DNA from: Thermoplasmatota archaeon
Lineage (GTDB): Archaea > Thermoplasmatota > E2 > JACPAO01 > JAHFTW01
Direction: 5' to 3'
Assembly (NCBI GenBank): GCA_041618195.1
Contig: JBFJNL010000003.1
Location: 1 to 37,783 of the forward strand
DNA length: 37,783 nt
Shown here: piece by piece, positions 27,218 to 36,602 of the stretch
Layout: each line of letters opens with the position of its first letter
Position numbering within the stretch: the stretch's first letter is position 1
Position numbers and translations under genes: made by a program
Notes under the pieces: model-generated
What the model saw: only the letters and a program-made list of their open reading frames with translations
What the model was told of the DNA's origin: nothing
The model's database searches: none

Positions 27218-29440
27218 ATGCGCAAGATTGTCCTAGTCGTCATCGTCGTGGCACTGTTCGCAGCCACCGGCCCGGGGACGACCGACGATCTTGATGCGGT
27301 CAACGGGGCCATGCAACTGCCCCTTGCCAGCCATGCGGGCCCGGCCACGGTGCAGGCTAGCGACGCGGATGGCTGGTCAAGCGGCGGCCAGGCATTGGTG
27401 CCGGCCGGCAGTGCCAGCACCACCAAGGACAAGGAACCGCTCATCATCTCCGGCTTCGCCGCCGACGGCAAGGGCTCCATCGCCAGTGTCACAGTGATGA
27501 CGCGTGTCTCGCAGGTCGAGCACTATGATGATATGCTGAAGCTCGAGGTCACCGCCCCAGGCTGCAGCGCCGTCAGCAGATCCTTGCCGCTGAGCACGAG
27601 TCCGACCCAGACCGCCACAGCCGTGCCCTGCGATTGGACGTGGGGCACGCTTGCCGCTACCCAGGTCAAATTGACGACCGAGGGCGCGGGTGGCCTCGCC
27701 GGGCTGGGTCGCATCGACGGTGCCTGGCATGCCCATTACGTCTGGCTTGAGGTCACCGTCACCGACGCCGCGCCGATCGCTATCGTCGGGCCCGACGTCA
27801 TCGTCAATGAGGGTGCCACGGTGCTGCTCAATGGTTCTGCGTCCACGGACCCTGAACGTGGCGCGCTGACCTACCACTGGGTCCAGACGTCCGGACCCAG
27901 CGTCCCTCTGCCGGCTTCCGGGCCGACCGCGACCATCAAGGCCCCGATGCTGCCGACCAACGCGCCGGCGGCTTTGGTCTTCAAGCTCACGGTGACCGAC
28001 CCGGCGGGCCACGCCTCCAGCGCCACGGTCCGTGTCGATGTCCAGAACATCAACCAGGCGCCGCGTGCCCGCGCCGGCGAAGACCAGGCCATCACGGCGG
28101 GCACCGTGGTGCTCGACGGCACCGGGTCCTCCGACGCCGATGGCGACACGCTACAATTCACGTGGTCACAGATCTCAGGCCCCAGCGCCCTCATGGAAGG
28201 CACGAGTGAGGCCCAGGCGACCGCGACCCCGCAAGTCGGCACCGCGGTGTTCCGCCTGACCGTCGCCGACGGTTGGGGCGGCACGTCCACCGATGATGTG
28301 ACCGTCACGATGACCCTCGCCAGCGCCGAGGCCCCCGGTCCCGGTGCCGAGGCGGCCGTCGTTCCCGAAGCGGGCACCGGCACGCCGCCGCCACGCACCA
28401 CGTCCAGTGCACCTGGCACCGGCAGCACCCCTGCGGCCGGTGCGGCCCCCGGGGCCAACGGCTCTGACAGCGGTGCCGAACGCAGCACATCCCCAGCCAC
28501 ACCCCCCGAGGACCCGGCACTCGGACTTGCCGGCATGATGAGCGTCGTCCCGTGGCTGGTCGTGGCCGCCATCGCCCTCTCCGCCGCCATCATTGTCCTG
28601 CGCCGCAAACGCAAGCATAGCCCGGCATCCGAAGCCCCGGCCGTCGCCACGCCGGTCGCCGCCGTCGCCAAGCCCGAACGCCCGCAGATCGTGCTCGGCG
28701 ACCTGGGCCAAGAAGAGCGCAACGATGAGATCGTCCAGTTCCTCAACAACGCGAGCCACGACCTGGCCAGCCCACTGACACCCATCCGCATCCAACTCGC
28801 CATGCTGGAACACGTGGAAGGCGAGCTGACGGACAAACAGCGCAAAGCATGGGACGTCGTCAAGCGCAACATCGACCAGATGGGGCTGCTCGTCGGCGAC
28901 GTGCGCGACGCCGCCCGCATGCAGGCCGGCCGCCTCGCCATGTTCCCCGAGCCCATCGACCTTGGCAAGCTGGTGGCCGATTCGGTCGAGAGCTTCGAAG
29001 GCCCGGCTGCCGAGAAGGACGTCAAGCTGACCATGGACCACGACGGTTCGCCGGTGCCCGTCGAGGGCGACGCGGGCCGCCTGACCCAAGTGCTATACAA
29101 CCTCATCAACAACGCCGTCAAGTTCACCGATCCCGGTGGCCGCGTGCAGATCGCCCTGCGTTTCCCGTCCGCCGACCAAGTCGTGGTCGCCGTTCGCGAC
29201 ACCGGCCTCGGTATGACGCCGGAAGACGCGGCTCGCTTGTTCCAGCCGTTCAGCCAGGCCCATGACGCCAAGCAGAAGCAGAAGGGCAGTGGCCTCGGCC
29301 TGTTCATCTCGAAAGGCATCATCGAAGGCCACGATGGTGATATCTGGTGCGAATCAGCCGGCCCCGGGCAGGGCTCCGTGTTCGCCTTCAGCCTCGCCCT
29401 CAAGCCGGAGATCCTGGTTCCGGTGCTGGAAGCGGTATAG
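27218..29440 (+). CDS. Membrane sensor histidine kinase with extracellular PKD/Ig-like domains
   Basis: Signal peptide; two PKD-like domains (LNGSASTDPE..LTYHWVQTSGP; LDGTGSSDADGD.L.F.W.Q.SGP); Pro/Thr/Ala linker; TM plus RRKRK; H-box ASHDLASPLT; N-box NLINNAVKFT; DTGLG; GSGLGL. Confidence 0.93.
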   Translation: MRKIVLVVIVVALFAATGPGTTDDLDAVNGAMQLPLASHAGPATVQASDADGWSSGGQALVPAGSASTTKDKEPLIISGFAADGKGSIASVTVMTRVSQVEHYDDMLKLEVTAPGCSAVSRSLPLSTSPTQTATAVPCDWTWGTLAATQVKLTTEGAGGLAGLGRIDGAWHAHYVWLEVTVTDAAPIAIVGPDVIVNEGATVLLNGSASTDPERGALTYHWVQTSGPSVPLPASGPTATIKAPMLPTNAPAALVFKLTVTDPAGHASSATVRVDVQNINQAPRARAGEDQAITAGTVVLDGTGSSDADGDTLQFTWSQISGPSALMEGTSEAQATATPQVGTAVFRLTVADGWGGTSTDDVTVTMTLASAEAPGPGAEAAVVPEAGTGTPPPRTTSSAPGTGSTPAAGAAPGANGSDSGAERSTSPATPPEDPALGLAGMMSVVPWLVVAAIALSAAIIVLRRKRKHSPASEAPAVATPVAAVAKPERPQIVLGDLGQEERNDEIVQFLNNASHDLASPLTPIRIQLAMLEHVEGELTDKQRKAWDVVKRNIDQMGLLVGDVRDAARMQAGRLAMFPEPIDLGKLVADSVESFEGPAAEKDVKLTMDHDGSPVPVEGDAGRLTQVLYNLINNAVKFTDPGGRVQIALRFPSADQVVVAVRDTGLGMTPEDAARLFQPFSQAHDAKQKQKGSGLGLFISKGIIEGHDGDIWCESAGPGQGSVFAFSLALKPEILVPVLEAV

Positions 29441-29567
29441 AGGCCCCAAAAGCACCGGGTCCCCGGAGCCCCCAGTCTCCTTTTTGGGACTTCGTCTATG
29501 ACAATCGTTGCGCATGAACAACGAGTGTTCCTCAGCGGTTGATATACTCCCGGGCTACGTCTCGTCC

Positions 29568-29873
29568 ATGCACCGAGTTGAGGTCCTGCGCTCTGGCAGC
29601 ACGGATGAATTCGAATTCTGGACGAACCCCGATGGCTCCGTCTACCTATGCCGCGAGTTCGGCGACGACGGCTGGCAGGCCATCATCGACGGCGATGTCA
29701 TCGTCGACCGCTCCAGCGCCTGGGAAGCGGCCGGCTTCACCCATCCCGTGCACGCCTTGACCGCCCCGACGGTCTCGGCGCTGGTACCCCTATTGGCCAT
29801 CCAAGAGCGCACTCACCTGATCCTGGACCACCAGCAGATCGCTGAGCCCGAGCACGACACACTGACCGCCTGA
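29568..29873 (+). CDS. Hypothetical acidic protein
   Basis: Coding-like ORF; TTGATATA box about 25 nt upstream of ATG 29568. Confidence 0.6.
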   Translation: MHRVEVLRSGSTDEFEFWTNPDGSVYLCREFGDDGWQAIIDGDVIVDRSSAWEAAGFTHPVHALTAPTVSALVPLLAIQERTHLILDHQQIAEPEHDTLTA

Positions 29874-29914
29874 CGCCGGTCAGGCTTATGCCGGGCGTCG
29901 GCGATGGAGGCGCC

Positions 29915-30199
29915 ATGGCCATCACCCGCATCGTCGAGATCCGTTTCGATGCTCGCCACGACGTCGACGCGGCATCCGTCGCCCAGGTGGCGCGGGGCAT
30001 TTTCCCGACCATCCCCGGTGTCCTTGGCTTTGAGGCGTTGTTGCCCGTCGACGGCGGCTGGGACCTTGTATTGCTGGTCCGGTTCGCCGATCTGCAGACG
30101 GTCGAGACCTACCGTTTGCACCCGATCCACGTGGCGTTCGTCGAGACGCATGTCAAGCCGTTCCTGGGCGAATCGGTCGCCCGCAATTACTCACAGTAG
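29915..30199 (+). CDS. Dabb-family (stress-responsive A/B barrel) protein
   Basis: I.RIV.IRF...IPGV...WDLVLLVRF.D....ETY..HP.H..FV pattern; GGAGG RBS. Confidence 0.8.
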   Translation: MAITRIVEIRFDARHDVDAASVAQVARGIFPTIPGVLGFEALLPVDGGWDLVLLVRFADLQTVETYRLHPIHVAFVETHVKPFLGESVARNYSQ

Positions 30200-31237
30200 G
30201 TCGTGACGGATGCGCCGGCCGGTCAGCCAGATGGCGGCGGCTAGGCCTGCCGCAGAGGCCGCGATGAGGATGCCGACGGTCTGCCAAGCCAGGACGTCCG
30301 GAACCCCGGTCACCAGCATGGCGATGACGTTGAGCGGATCCCGGGGAAGTAGCAGGCTGAACACGGCGATGCCCAGCACGAAGATGGCGTACGCCGCCTG
30401 GGTCGTCGATTCGTCGCGGATCATGGCGGCGATGATGCCGCCCGTCCCGGTCAGGAACACACCTAGGGTCGTGGCGAACGCGATCACCACCCATGGATCG
30501 GTGGCGGGGAAGCCATTGAGCCCGAACAGGAACAACCAGACGGCGACCTGGATGGGCACCAGCAGCACGGGCACCACGAGCTTACCAAGCACCAATGTGC
30601 TCGTCGAGACCGGCGTGCTGCGCAGGATGAGCAGCGTGCGGCTGCGCGATTCTTGACTGAGCGCATCGCCCGCGATGGCACCACTCAGGAACACGGGGGT
30701 GATGACGAGCAGCGGAATGAGCGTCGCGTAGACGAAACCGTAGGGCGTCTCGGCGCGGACATCAATCGGCTCGGGTAGGTAAGAGATCTCCAGGCGATGG
30801 GTCCGTGATTGGCGCAGATCGTTCTCGTAATCGATGAGCAAGGACTTCAGCTGGGTGACCAGCAGTGTCGATTGCAGCTCTCCATCCGGCAGGATGAGCG
30901 TGATGTCGTGCACGCCGCCAGGGTCGCGGGCCTGCTCCTGGATGATGGCACCCACCCGACCGGCACGGAACGCGTCGATGGCCTCGTCCGCGGCCATGTC
31001 CAGGACATCGATGTTGCGGGCGTCCATCAGGTATGCATCGAAGCCGCCGTCGCCGATGTACGCGATCGTGGTGTCCGGGGCGGCATCCAGGGTCTCCGGG
31101 CTGTGCAGCGCTGTCAGCCCCACCAATAGCAGGGCGCTGAACCCGGCAAGGAACAATTGGATGACGAACGCCGTCACCAGGCTCTTCTCGCGCATGACGT
31201 CGCGGAACTCTTTGCGGGCGATGGTCAGCAGTCTCAT
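30191..31237 (-). CDS. ABC-2 type transporter permease
   Basis: IARKEFRD; E...RTL.IL.STPVS....VLGK. ATG 31237 overlaps the upstream stop (ATGA). Confidence 0.9.
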   Translation of the reverse strand: MRLLTIARKEFRDVMREKSLVTAFVIQLFLAGFSALLLVGLTALHSPETLDAAPDTTIAYIGDGGFDAYLMDARNIDVLDMAADEAIDAFRAGRVGAIIQEQARDPGGVHDITLILPDGELQSTLLVTQLKSLLIDYENDLRQSRTHRLEISYLPEPIDVRAETPYGFVYATLIPLLVITPVFLSGAIAGDALSQESRSRTLLILRSTPVSTSTLVLGKLVVPVLLVPIQVAVWLFLFGLNGFPATDPWVVIAFATTLGVFLTGTGGIIAAMIRDESTTQAAYAIFVLGIAVFSLLLPRDPLNVIAMLVTGVPDVLAWQTVGILIAASAAGLAAAIWLTGRRIRHDLL

Positions 31238-32967
31238 GACGCCACCTGGATGATGATACGGTCGTAGACGAAGTGGACGACGATGGCGCCAAGGAACGCC
31301 AGACGGGCCCATAGCTTGCCTCGGCCGGCCCCCGATGCGATGAGCGTCGCGGTCAAGACGTGCAGTGCCAGGGGCAGCGACAGCACCAGGATACCGGGCC
31401 CTGTGCCCAGCACGGCCAAGGCGGCGGGGCCGCCTGGCAGGCTCCGGAATCCGACCAGCGTCAGCACCAGGTACGATTTTTCGCCGATGAAGAAGCCCAG
31501 GCCGATGAGCGGCCCCAGCACCCAAGCCGACACAGGGGTCCGGCCACCGGGTCGGTTGCGCGCCCAGATGGTGAGTCCCTTGGCGGCCTCTTCGACGACG
31601 ACGCTGAGACCCAGGAAGATGATGAGCGCGGCCTCGAGCCCCATGACGGAGGCGGTGACGAAGACCATGATCTCACCGGCGAAGACGAAGGGCACGACAA
31701 GGATACCGGCGGCCAAGACCCGCCAGGGGTGCCGGGTGATGGCGGCCAAGGCGTCGAGGAAGCGGCTGGTGGAGGAGCGGACGGAGAACAGCAGTTCTTC
31801 TCGCAACAAGCCGACGCTGAGCGCGGCCAAGGCGGCGGCCGCCAACGTCAGCGGCATGGTCGCGTACAGGAACTGCCCGATGGTGACGGCGTCGCCGCGG
31901 ATGCCGCTGGCGATGACGTGGATCGGGCTAAGGAAGGCGACCGGCGGGATGCTCGGGAACATCGCCGGCAGGAACAGGAACACGTTCAGCAGCGTCGTGA
32001 CCGCGACCTGGCTGAGCGACAGTTCCCGGGGTGAGCGAGACATGACGGCGAGGTACGTGGTGGCGCTGTAGAGGAACGCCAAGAAACTCAGGCTGGCGAG
32101 GAACCCAAGCCACCCTGCGCCCAAGACGATGGTGATGACCACAGCGAGCAGCACGGTGGCGGCCATGGCGGGCATGCTCTTGCCGAGCAGGATCTGCCCG
32201 GGCGTGACGGGCGCACTCAGCAGCAGCACGCCACGGCGGCGGGTGCGTTCACCGTGCAGATTGGCAGCCTGGACCTGGGCCAGCAAACCTGCAGGCAAGA
32301 CGTAGGCGAAGGTCAGCAGCAGGCTGCGGATGGGGAACGGCGGGTCGACCTGGTCTGGCCGCAGATCGGTTTGGACATCGCCGCTCGGCGCGACCTCTGC
32401 GAGGATATCCGGTTGCGGCGCCGGCTCCGGGTCGCCAGGGCCCGGAGGCTCCGGCGTCGGCTCGGGGCCGGGGTCCGATGGGCCGGGGTCGGACGGACTC
32501 GGGGACGGCTGCTGTGCCGGGGCGGTGCCGACGGCGCGCGGTTCGTAGCCGACGGTCACGATGAGCGGGAACGCGGCGGCCTGGTCCGGCTCGAGCCCCA
32601 GTTGGCCATCAAGCCAGTCTCGCACGGCCACCGCCATGATCTCGCCGGCCGCTTTGCTGCGTTCATCATCATGCAGGCGGATCTCCTGCCCGGTCAGGAA
32701 CATGTCCGCCTGACGGGCGCCAAAGGCAGTGCCGTCGCCTGATTGGATGCGGAAGCGGGATTCGGCGCGCGCGGCGGCCTCGAAGTAGCTGCCGGGTTCG
32801 GTTTCGACCACCCATAGCCCGCTCTCGGGGTCCGGTGCGGGTGGGGCCGCGAAGACAAAGAGGGCGCCGACGGCCAGCCCGAGGGCCGCCATGACGGCGA
32901 GCGCCTTCGGGTCCATGCGGGTGCCTTGCCGCAGGCCTTCTTGCCAGCCGATTCTCCAGGAAGACAC
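31234..32967 (-). CDS. ABC-2 permease fused to a C-terminal PrsW-like intramembrane metalloprotease domain
   Basis: ER.RRRG.LLLSAPVT..QILLGK permease motif; C-terminal VEEAAK, GLGFFIGE, LH, and VHFVYD motifs. Confidence 0.8.
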   Translation of the reverse strand: MSSWRIGWQEGLRQGTRMDPKALAVMAALGLAVGALFVFAAPPAPDPESGLWVVETEPGSYFEAAARAESRFRIQSGDGTAFGARQADMFLTGQEIRLHDDERSKAAGEIMAVAVRDWLDGQLGLEPDQAAAFPLIVTVGYEPRAVGTAPAQQPSPSPSDPGPSDPGPEPTPEPPGPGDPEPAPQPDILAEVAPSGDVQTDLRPDQVDPPFPIRSLLLTFAYVLPAGLLAQVQAANLHGERTRRRGVLLLSAPVTPGQILLGKSMPAMAATVLLAVVITIVLGAGWLGFLASLSFLAFLYSATTYLAVMSRSPRELSLSQVAVTTLLNVFLFLPAMFPSIPPVAFLSPIHVIASGIRGDAVTIGQFLYATMPLTLAAAALAALSVGLLREELLFSVRSSTSRFLDALAAITRHPWRVLAAGILVVPFVFAGEIMVFVTASVMGLEAALIIFLGLSVVVEEAAKGLTIWARNRPGGRTPVSAWVLGPLIGLGFFIGEKSYLVLTLVGFRSLPGGPAALAVLGTGPGILVLSLPLALHVLTATLIASGAGRGKLWARLAFLGAIVVHFVYDRIIIQVAS

Positions 32968-33837
32968 TCAGCTCTCCACGGTGCGCTGCAGGACGTCCGC
33001 CAGGCGCGGGCTCTCGGCGCTGACGTCGAGCACGTTGCCGCCGGCGGCACGGACCTGGGCGATGCGTTCTTCGACCTCGTCCCATGTCGGCACTTGGGCG
33101 ATGTGTTCGACGCCGTCTGCTTCGCTGCCCTCGAAGGCCAGGCTGGCGCGCAGGATATAGACGGTGGGGCCCGCTTCGCCGCGCAGTTGCGCGACGCTGC
33201 CTTCCAGGACAATCTCGCCGTTCTCCACCACGACCACGTGGTCGCAGATGCGTTCGACCTGGTCCAGGTCATGGGCCGACAGGACGATGGCTTTGCCCTC
33301 GGCGCGCAGCTCGAGCAGGAACGTATCGAGGACGTGCTGGGTGGCGGGGTCGAGGCCGCTGCGCGGCTCGTCGAGGATGACGACGGCGGGGTCGTGCAGC
33401 AAGCAGCGGGCGATGGCGACTTTGCGGGCGCTGCCTTTGCTCAGGCTCTGGATCGGTTTCTTCCAGTGCTCCTCGAAGAGGCGCAGGCGTTGCAGCAGGC
33501 GCTCGCCGCGTTCCTTACTGGTCTTCTTGTCCAGTCCGTACAACGCGCCGAAGTAACGCAGGTAGCCAAGCGGCGTCATGTCCTCGTACAATGGCGAATC
33601 CTCGGGCAGGAAACCGATGTTCGACCGGACCGCCGCGACCATGGGGTCAAGCTCACCGACGCGCACGGTCCCGCTGGTGGGTTCCAGTAGGCCGGCCAGC
33701 ATCTTGATGGTCGTCGTCTTGCCGGCACCGTTGTTGCCGACGATGCCGACGATCTGGCCCGGACCGACCGTGAGGGTCAGGCCACGCACGGCTTGCACAG
33801 CACCGTAGGCCTTGCGTAGGTCTTGCGCCTGGAGCAC
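32968..33837 (-). CDS. ABC transporter ATP-binding protein
   Basis: GNNGAGKTT, LSKGS, ILDEP.SGLD, SAH. GTG start. Confidence 0.95.
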   Translation of the reverse strand: MLQAQDLRKAYGAVQAVRGLTLTVGPGQIVGIVGNNGAGKTTTIKMLAGLLEPTSGTVRVGELDPMVAAVRSNIGFLPEDSPLYEDMTPLGYLRYFGALYGLDKKTSKERGERLLQRLRLFEEHWKKPIQSLSKGSARKVAIARCLLHDPAVVILDEPRSGLDPATQHVLDTFLLELRAEGKAIVLSAHDLDQVERICDHVVVVENGEIVLEGSVAQLRGEAGPTVYILRASLAFEGSEADGVEHIAQVPTWDEVEERIAQVRAAGGNVLDVSAESPRLADVLQRTVES

Positions 33838-33888
33838 AGGGTCGGACCCCCGGGGCCCTTCTTGATGACTTTCCTTCTGGCCGGCGGG

Positions 33889-34353
33889 TCAGACGTCCGC
33901 TTCGAAGATGCGGTAGTGGGTCTCTTCCATGCCCAGTGACCGGTATGTCGCCAGTCCGGCCTCGTTGTCGGCCTCCACGTACAAGCGCACGCGGCGGACG
34001 TCTCCTTCGGCTTTGGCGGCGGCGTGGACCGCTTCGTAGAGGAGCCGGAAGATGCCGGTCCCGCGTTGCTCGGGGACGACGTAGGCGGCTTGGATCCACC
34101 AGTACCATCCGTTGCGCCAGTCGCTCCATTCGAAGGTGACGAACAGGGAGCCGACCAGTCTCCGTGTGTTGCCATCGATGGATTCGGCGACGAAGTACCG
34201 GGCCTTGCGCGGGTCTTCCAGCGCGGCGACGATGCTGGCTTGCACCTTGCTCTTGTCGGGCACGAGGCCTTCGGATTCTTTGGCGACGCCGAGGGTGAAG
34301 CGGACCAGTTCGTACAGGTCTTCTCGCCGGGCGGCGCGGATCTTGACACTCAT
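33889..34353 (-). CDS. GNAT-family N-acetyltransferase
   Basis: IRAAR.EDL, EWSDWRNG, YVVPEQRGTGIF, N......Y.SLGM. ATG 34353 overlaps the upstream stop (ATGA). Confidence 0.92.
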   Translation of the reverse strand: MSVKIRAARREDLYELVRFTLGVAKESEGLVPDKSKVQASIVAALEDPRKARYFVAESIDGNTRRLVGSLFVTFEWSDWRNGWYWWIQAAYVVPEQRGTGIFRLLYEAVHAAAKAEGDVRRVRLYVEADNEAGLATYRSLGMEETHYRIFEADV

Positions 34354-34967
34354 CGCCGGCGCATCCACAGCGTGGCGCCGATCGCTGCTATGGGTGCGAC
34401 CAAGCCAGCGGGGATCTTCTTTTGGTCCGGTCCGGCGACAGCCACCGGCTCGCCGCCCTGGACGTGGCAGCGGTCGCCGACACCCCATGCGGCAAGCCCG
34501 TCATCGGGGACGCGGTCCAACACGACCTTCTGGCCGTCGATACGGTGCCATGTGTGGGCGACGACCACGACGCAGTCACCGGCCGACGGGGCGGCCCGCT
34601 CGACCGCCCACATGGTGCCGTTCTGCGTCACGTTGAGCGTCCTGCCTAAGTGGTCCGCTGCAGCCAGCGTCTGGCCGGCGTGGATGATGTACCATTCATG
34701 GGGCTCGGTCGCGTTGCGGTCACCGATGAGGACGGCCACTTCGAGCGAGATGCCGTGCGCGAGTCGGTCGACCTCGACGCGCACCGAGTCGGTGACGTCG
34801 AAGCCGACATGGCGCAGGTCGCCGAGGGTGCTGTCTGCGGCGTCCTCGATCGAGGACGATAGCTGTGGCCCGTCGGTAACGTGTCCCTCATCGCCGTGGG
34901 CGCTGGCCAGCGATGGCAATGAGAGCAAGAAGACGAGGAAGACCCCGTAACGACTTGCGATGTTCAT
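34350..34967 (-). CDS. Secreted, C-terminally anchored protein (predicted mature N-terminus HGDEGH)
   Basis: Signal peptide ending ASA|H; C-terminal KKIPAG-hydrophobic-RRR tail; GGAGG RBS and ATGA overlap. Confidence 0.75.
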   Translation of the reverse strand: MNIASRYGVFLVFLLSLPSLASAHGDEGHVTDGPQLSSSIEDAADSTLGDLRHVGFDVTDSVRVEVDRLAHGISLEVAVLIGDRNATEPHEWYIIHAGQTLAAADHLGRTLNVTQNGTMWAVERAAPSAGDCVVVVAHTWHRIDGQKVVLDRVPDDGLAAWGVGDRCHVQGGEPVAVAGPDQKKIPAGLVAPIAAIGATLWMRRR

Positions 34968-36565
34968 GGTTCCTCCGGGTCGTCCATCCAACTGCACCCG
35001 TCCGGATGGGTGTTGTCGGGCTTGCTGAAGTCGTTGCATGGCACGATGCTGACCAGGCGCGGGTGCATGGGGCGGAACTGGTTGTTGATGGCGTCATGCA
35101 CGCCGCACGTGGGCATGTAGAGGATGGGGTCGGTGGCGTCGGTGCGCATGGCGCCGTCGCTGTACACGTTGTCCTTCCAGCAGTTGCCGGTGCCTTGCTC
35201 GTCCCACCAATGGTCGATGCCATTCGGGTGGACGGTGCCGTCGGGGGCGAGGCCCATCTGATTGGCGATGTACCGGTTGCGATGACTGGTATCGAACTGG
35301 GTCTCGAGGGTGGCCGGGTCCATCGGGTCGTCCTCGCCGCGGAAATAGCTCGGCACACCGAACAGCATGGTGCCATAGCGCCAGTTGTCGTAGATGCGGT
35401 TCTGCTGCACGAGGTTGTCGTTGCCACCGGCGATGAGGATGCCGGTGCCCACCGGGATGGGGATGACCGGGCAGACGATGCCTTCTTCGATGCCGCGCTC
35501 CGCCAGTGGCTTGTGGCAGGGGCCTCCAGGCAGCCAGTTGTCGAAGTAGTTCTCGTTGTTGCTGAAGACATCGTTGTCGACGAAGACGCCGTGATCTTGG
35601 GGCAGACCCGGGTGGTCAGGGAACAGGCTGTCCGTGGCGATGCCGGCGGCGTTATGATGGAATCTGTTTCCGTGGACATAGACCGAATTACCGGCGGTGC
35701 CGGAGTAGCCCAGGGCGTTGTGGTGGCTGTCGCAGCGGGTGATCTCGATGCTGGGACGTTCGCCCTTGAGGTCGCTGGCGCTACCCGGGTAGATGCCGCT
35801 GTCGCCATTGCCGTACGACTCGCAGTCGATGTACAAGCCGTGGTCGACGGCGAAGGTCAGGAAGCCGTACTCGTAGTTCCAGCGGGTCAGGACGTCGTCG
35901 ATGACGAAGCCGTCGGTCTGCAGGATGTAGAGGGAGTTGAAGTCGGTGCGTTGGATGGTGACGCCGGTGATGTAGAAGCCGTCGGCGCGGTCGGCGCGCA
36001 CGGCGTTCAGGTGGTTCCAGGCGGCGTCGATGATGACCTCTTCGCGGTGTTTCCCGGTGCCTTGGATCTGCAGGTCGCATAGGCGTTCCCAGGTGCACGC
36101 GATGTCTTCGTCGTCCGGGTCGTCCCCGAGGATGGCGACGCTGTTGTGGGCGTTGGGGCACTTCCAGTTGTCTTCGTATTCGATGATCGACCGGCCGACA
36201 AGGTACGCGCAGTCATCGGACGGGTTGTTCAGGCGCTCGACGCTCGGCTCCTCGTAGTAGTGCCCGGGCATCATCATGATGCGGTGGCCCGGTGCCGGCA
36301 CGGCGTCGACAGCGGCCTGCAGGTGTCGGTGGCCGGTCTCCATGCACTCGGTCCAACGGAGGGTCTCTTCGAGGCGCTCGTCGAATGACAGGTTGGCAAA
36401 ACGCGCCGGCGTATCTTGCTTGCACACCAGTTCGTATGGACCGTGGTCGCGGAAGACCGGCACCTCACGGTCGCCGGAAGGGAATTCAACGCGGCGTTCG
36501 CCGTGTGCCTGGGCCGTCGCGGCGACGACCATGAGCACGAGCACCAACAGTGGGAGGACACGCAT
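34964..36565 (-). CDS. Secreted right-handed parallel beta-helix protein
   Basis: Signal peptide AQA|H; LQAAVDA...PG.Y.E cap motif; Asn-ladder repeats (GNGDSGIY, HHNALGYSG, GNRFHHNAAG, NRIYDNWRYG). Confidence 0.88.
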   Translation of the reverse strand: MRVLPLLVLVLMVVAATAQAHGERRVEFPSGDREVPVFRDHGPYELVCKQDTPARFANLSFDERLEETLRWTECMETGHRHLQAAVDAVPAPGHRIMMMPGHYYEEPSVERLNNPSDDCAYLVGRSIIEYEDNWKCPNAHNSVAILGDDPDDEDIACTWERLCDLQIQGTGKHREEVIIDAAWNHLNAVRADRADGFYITGVTIQRTDFNSLYILQTDGFVIDDVLTRWNYEYGFLTFAVDHGLYIDCESYGNGDSGIYPGSASDLKGERPSIEITRCDSHHNALGYSGTAGNSVYVHGNRFHHNAAGIATDSLFPDHPGLPQDHGVFVDNDVFSNNENYFDNWLPGGPCHKPLAERGIEEGIVCPVIPIPVGTGILIAGGNDNLVQQNRIYDNWRYGTMLFGVPSYFRGEDDPMDPATLETQFDTSHRNRYIANQMGLAPDGTVHPNGIDHWWDEQGTGNCWKDNVYSDGAMRTDATDPILYMPTCGVHDAINNQFRPMHPRLVSIVPCNDFSKPDNTHPDGCSWMDDPEEP

Positions 36566-36602
36566 CGGCGCGCCATCTCACCATGCCTTCAAAATATCGT
36601 CG

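Noticed and set aside
26369-29500. tRNA-Glu as an integration site for an island
   Set aside because: No integrase, and no duplicated tRNA 3' end was seen downstream.
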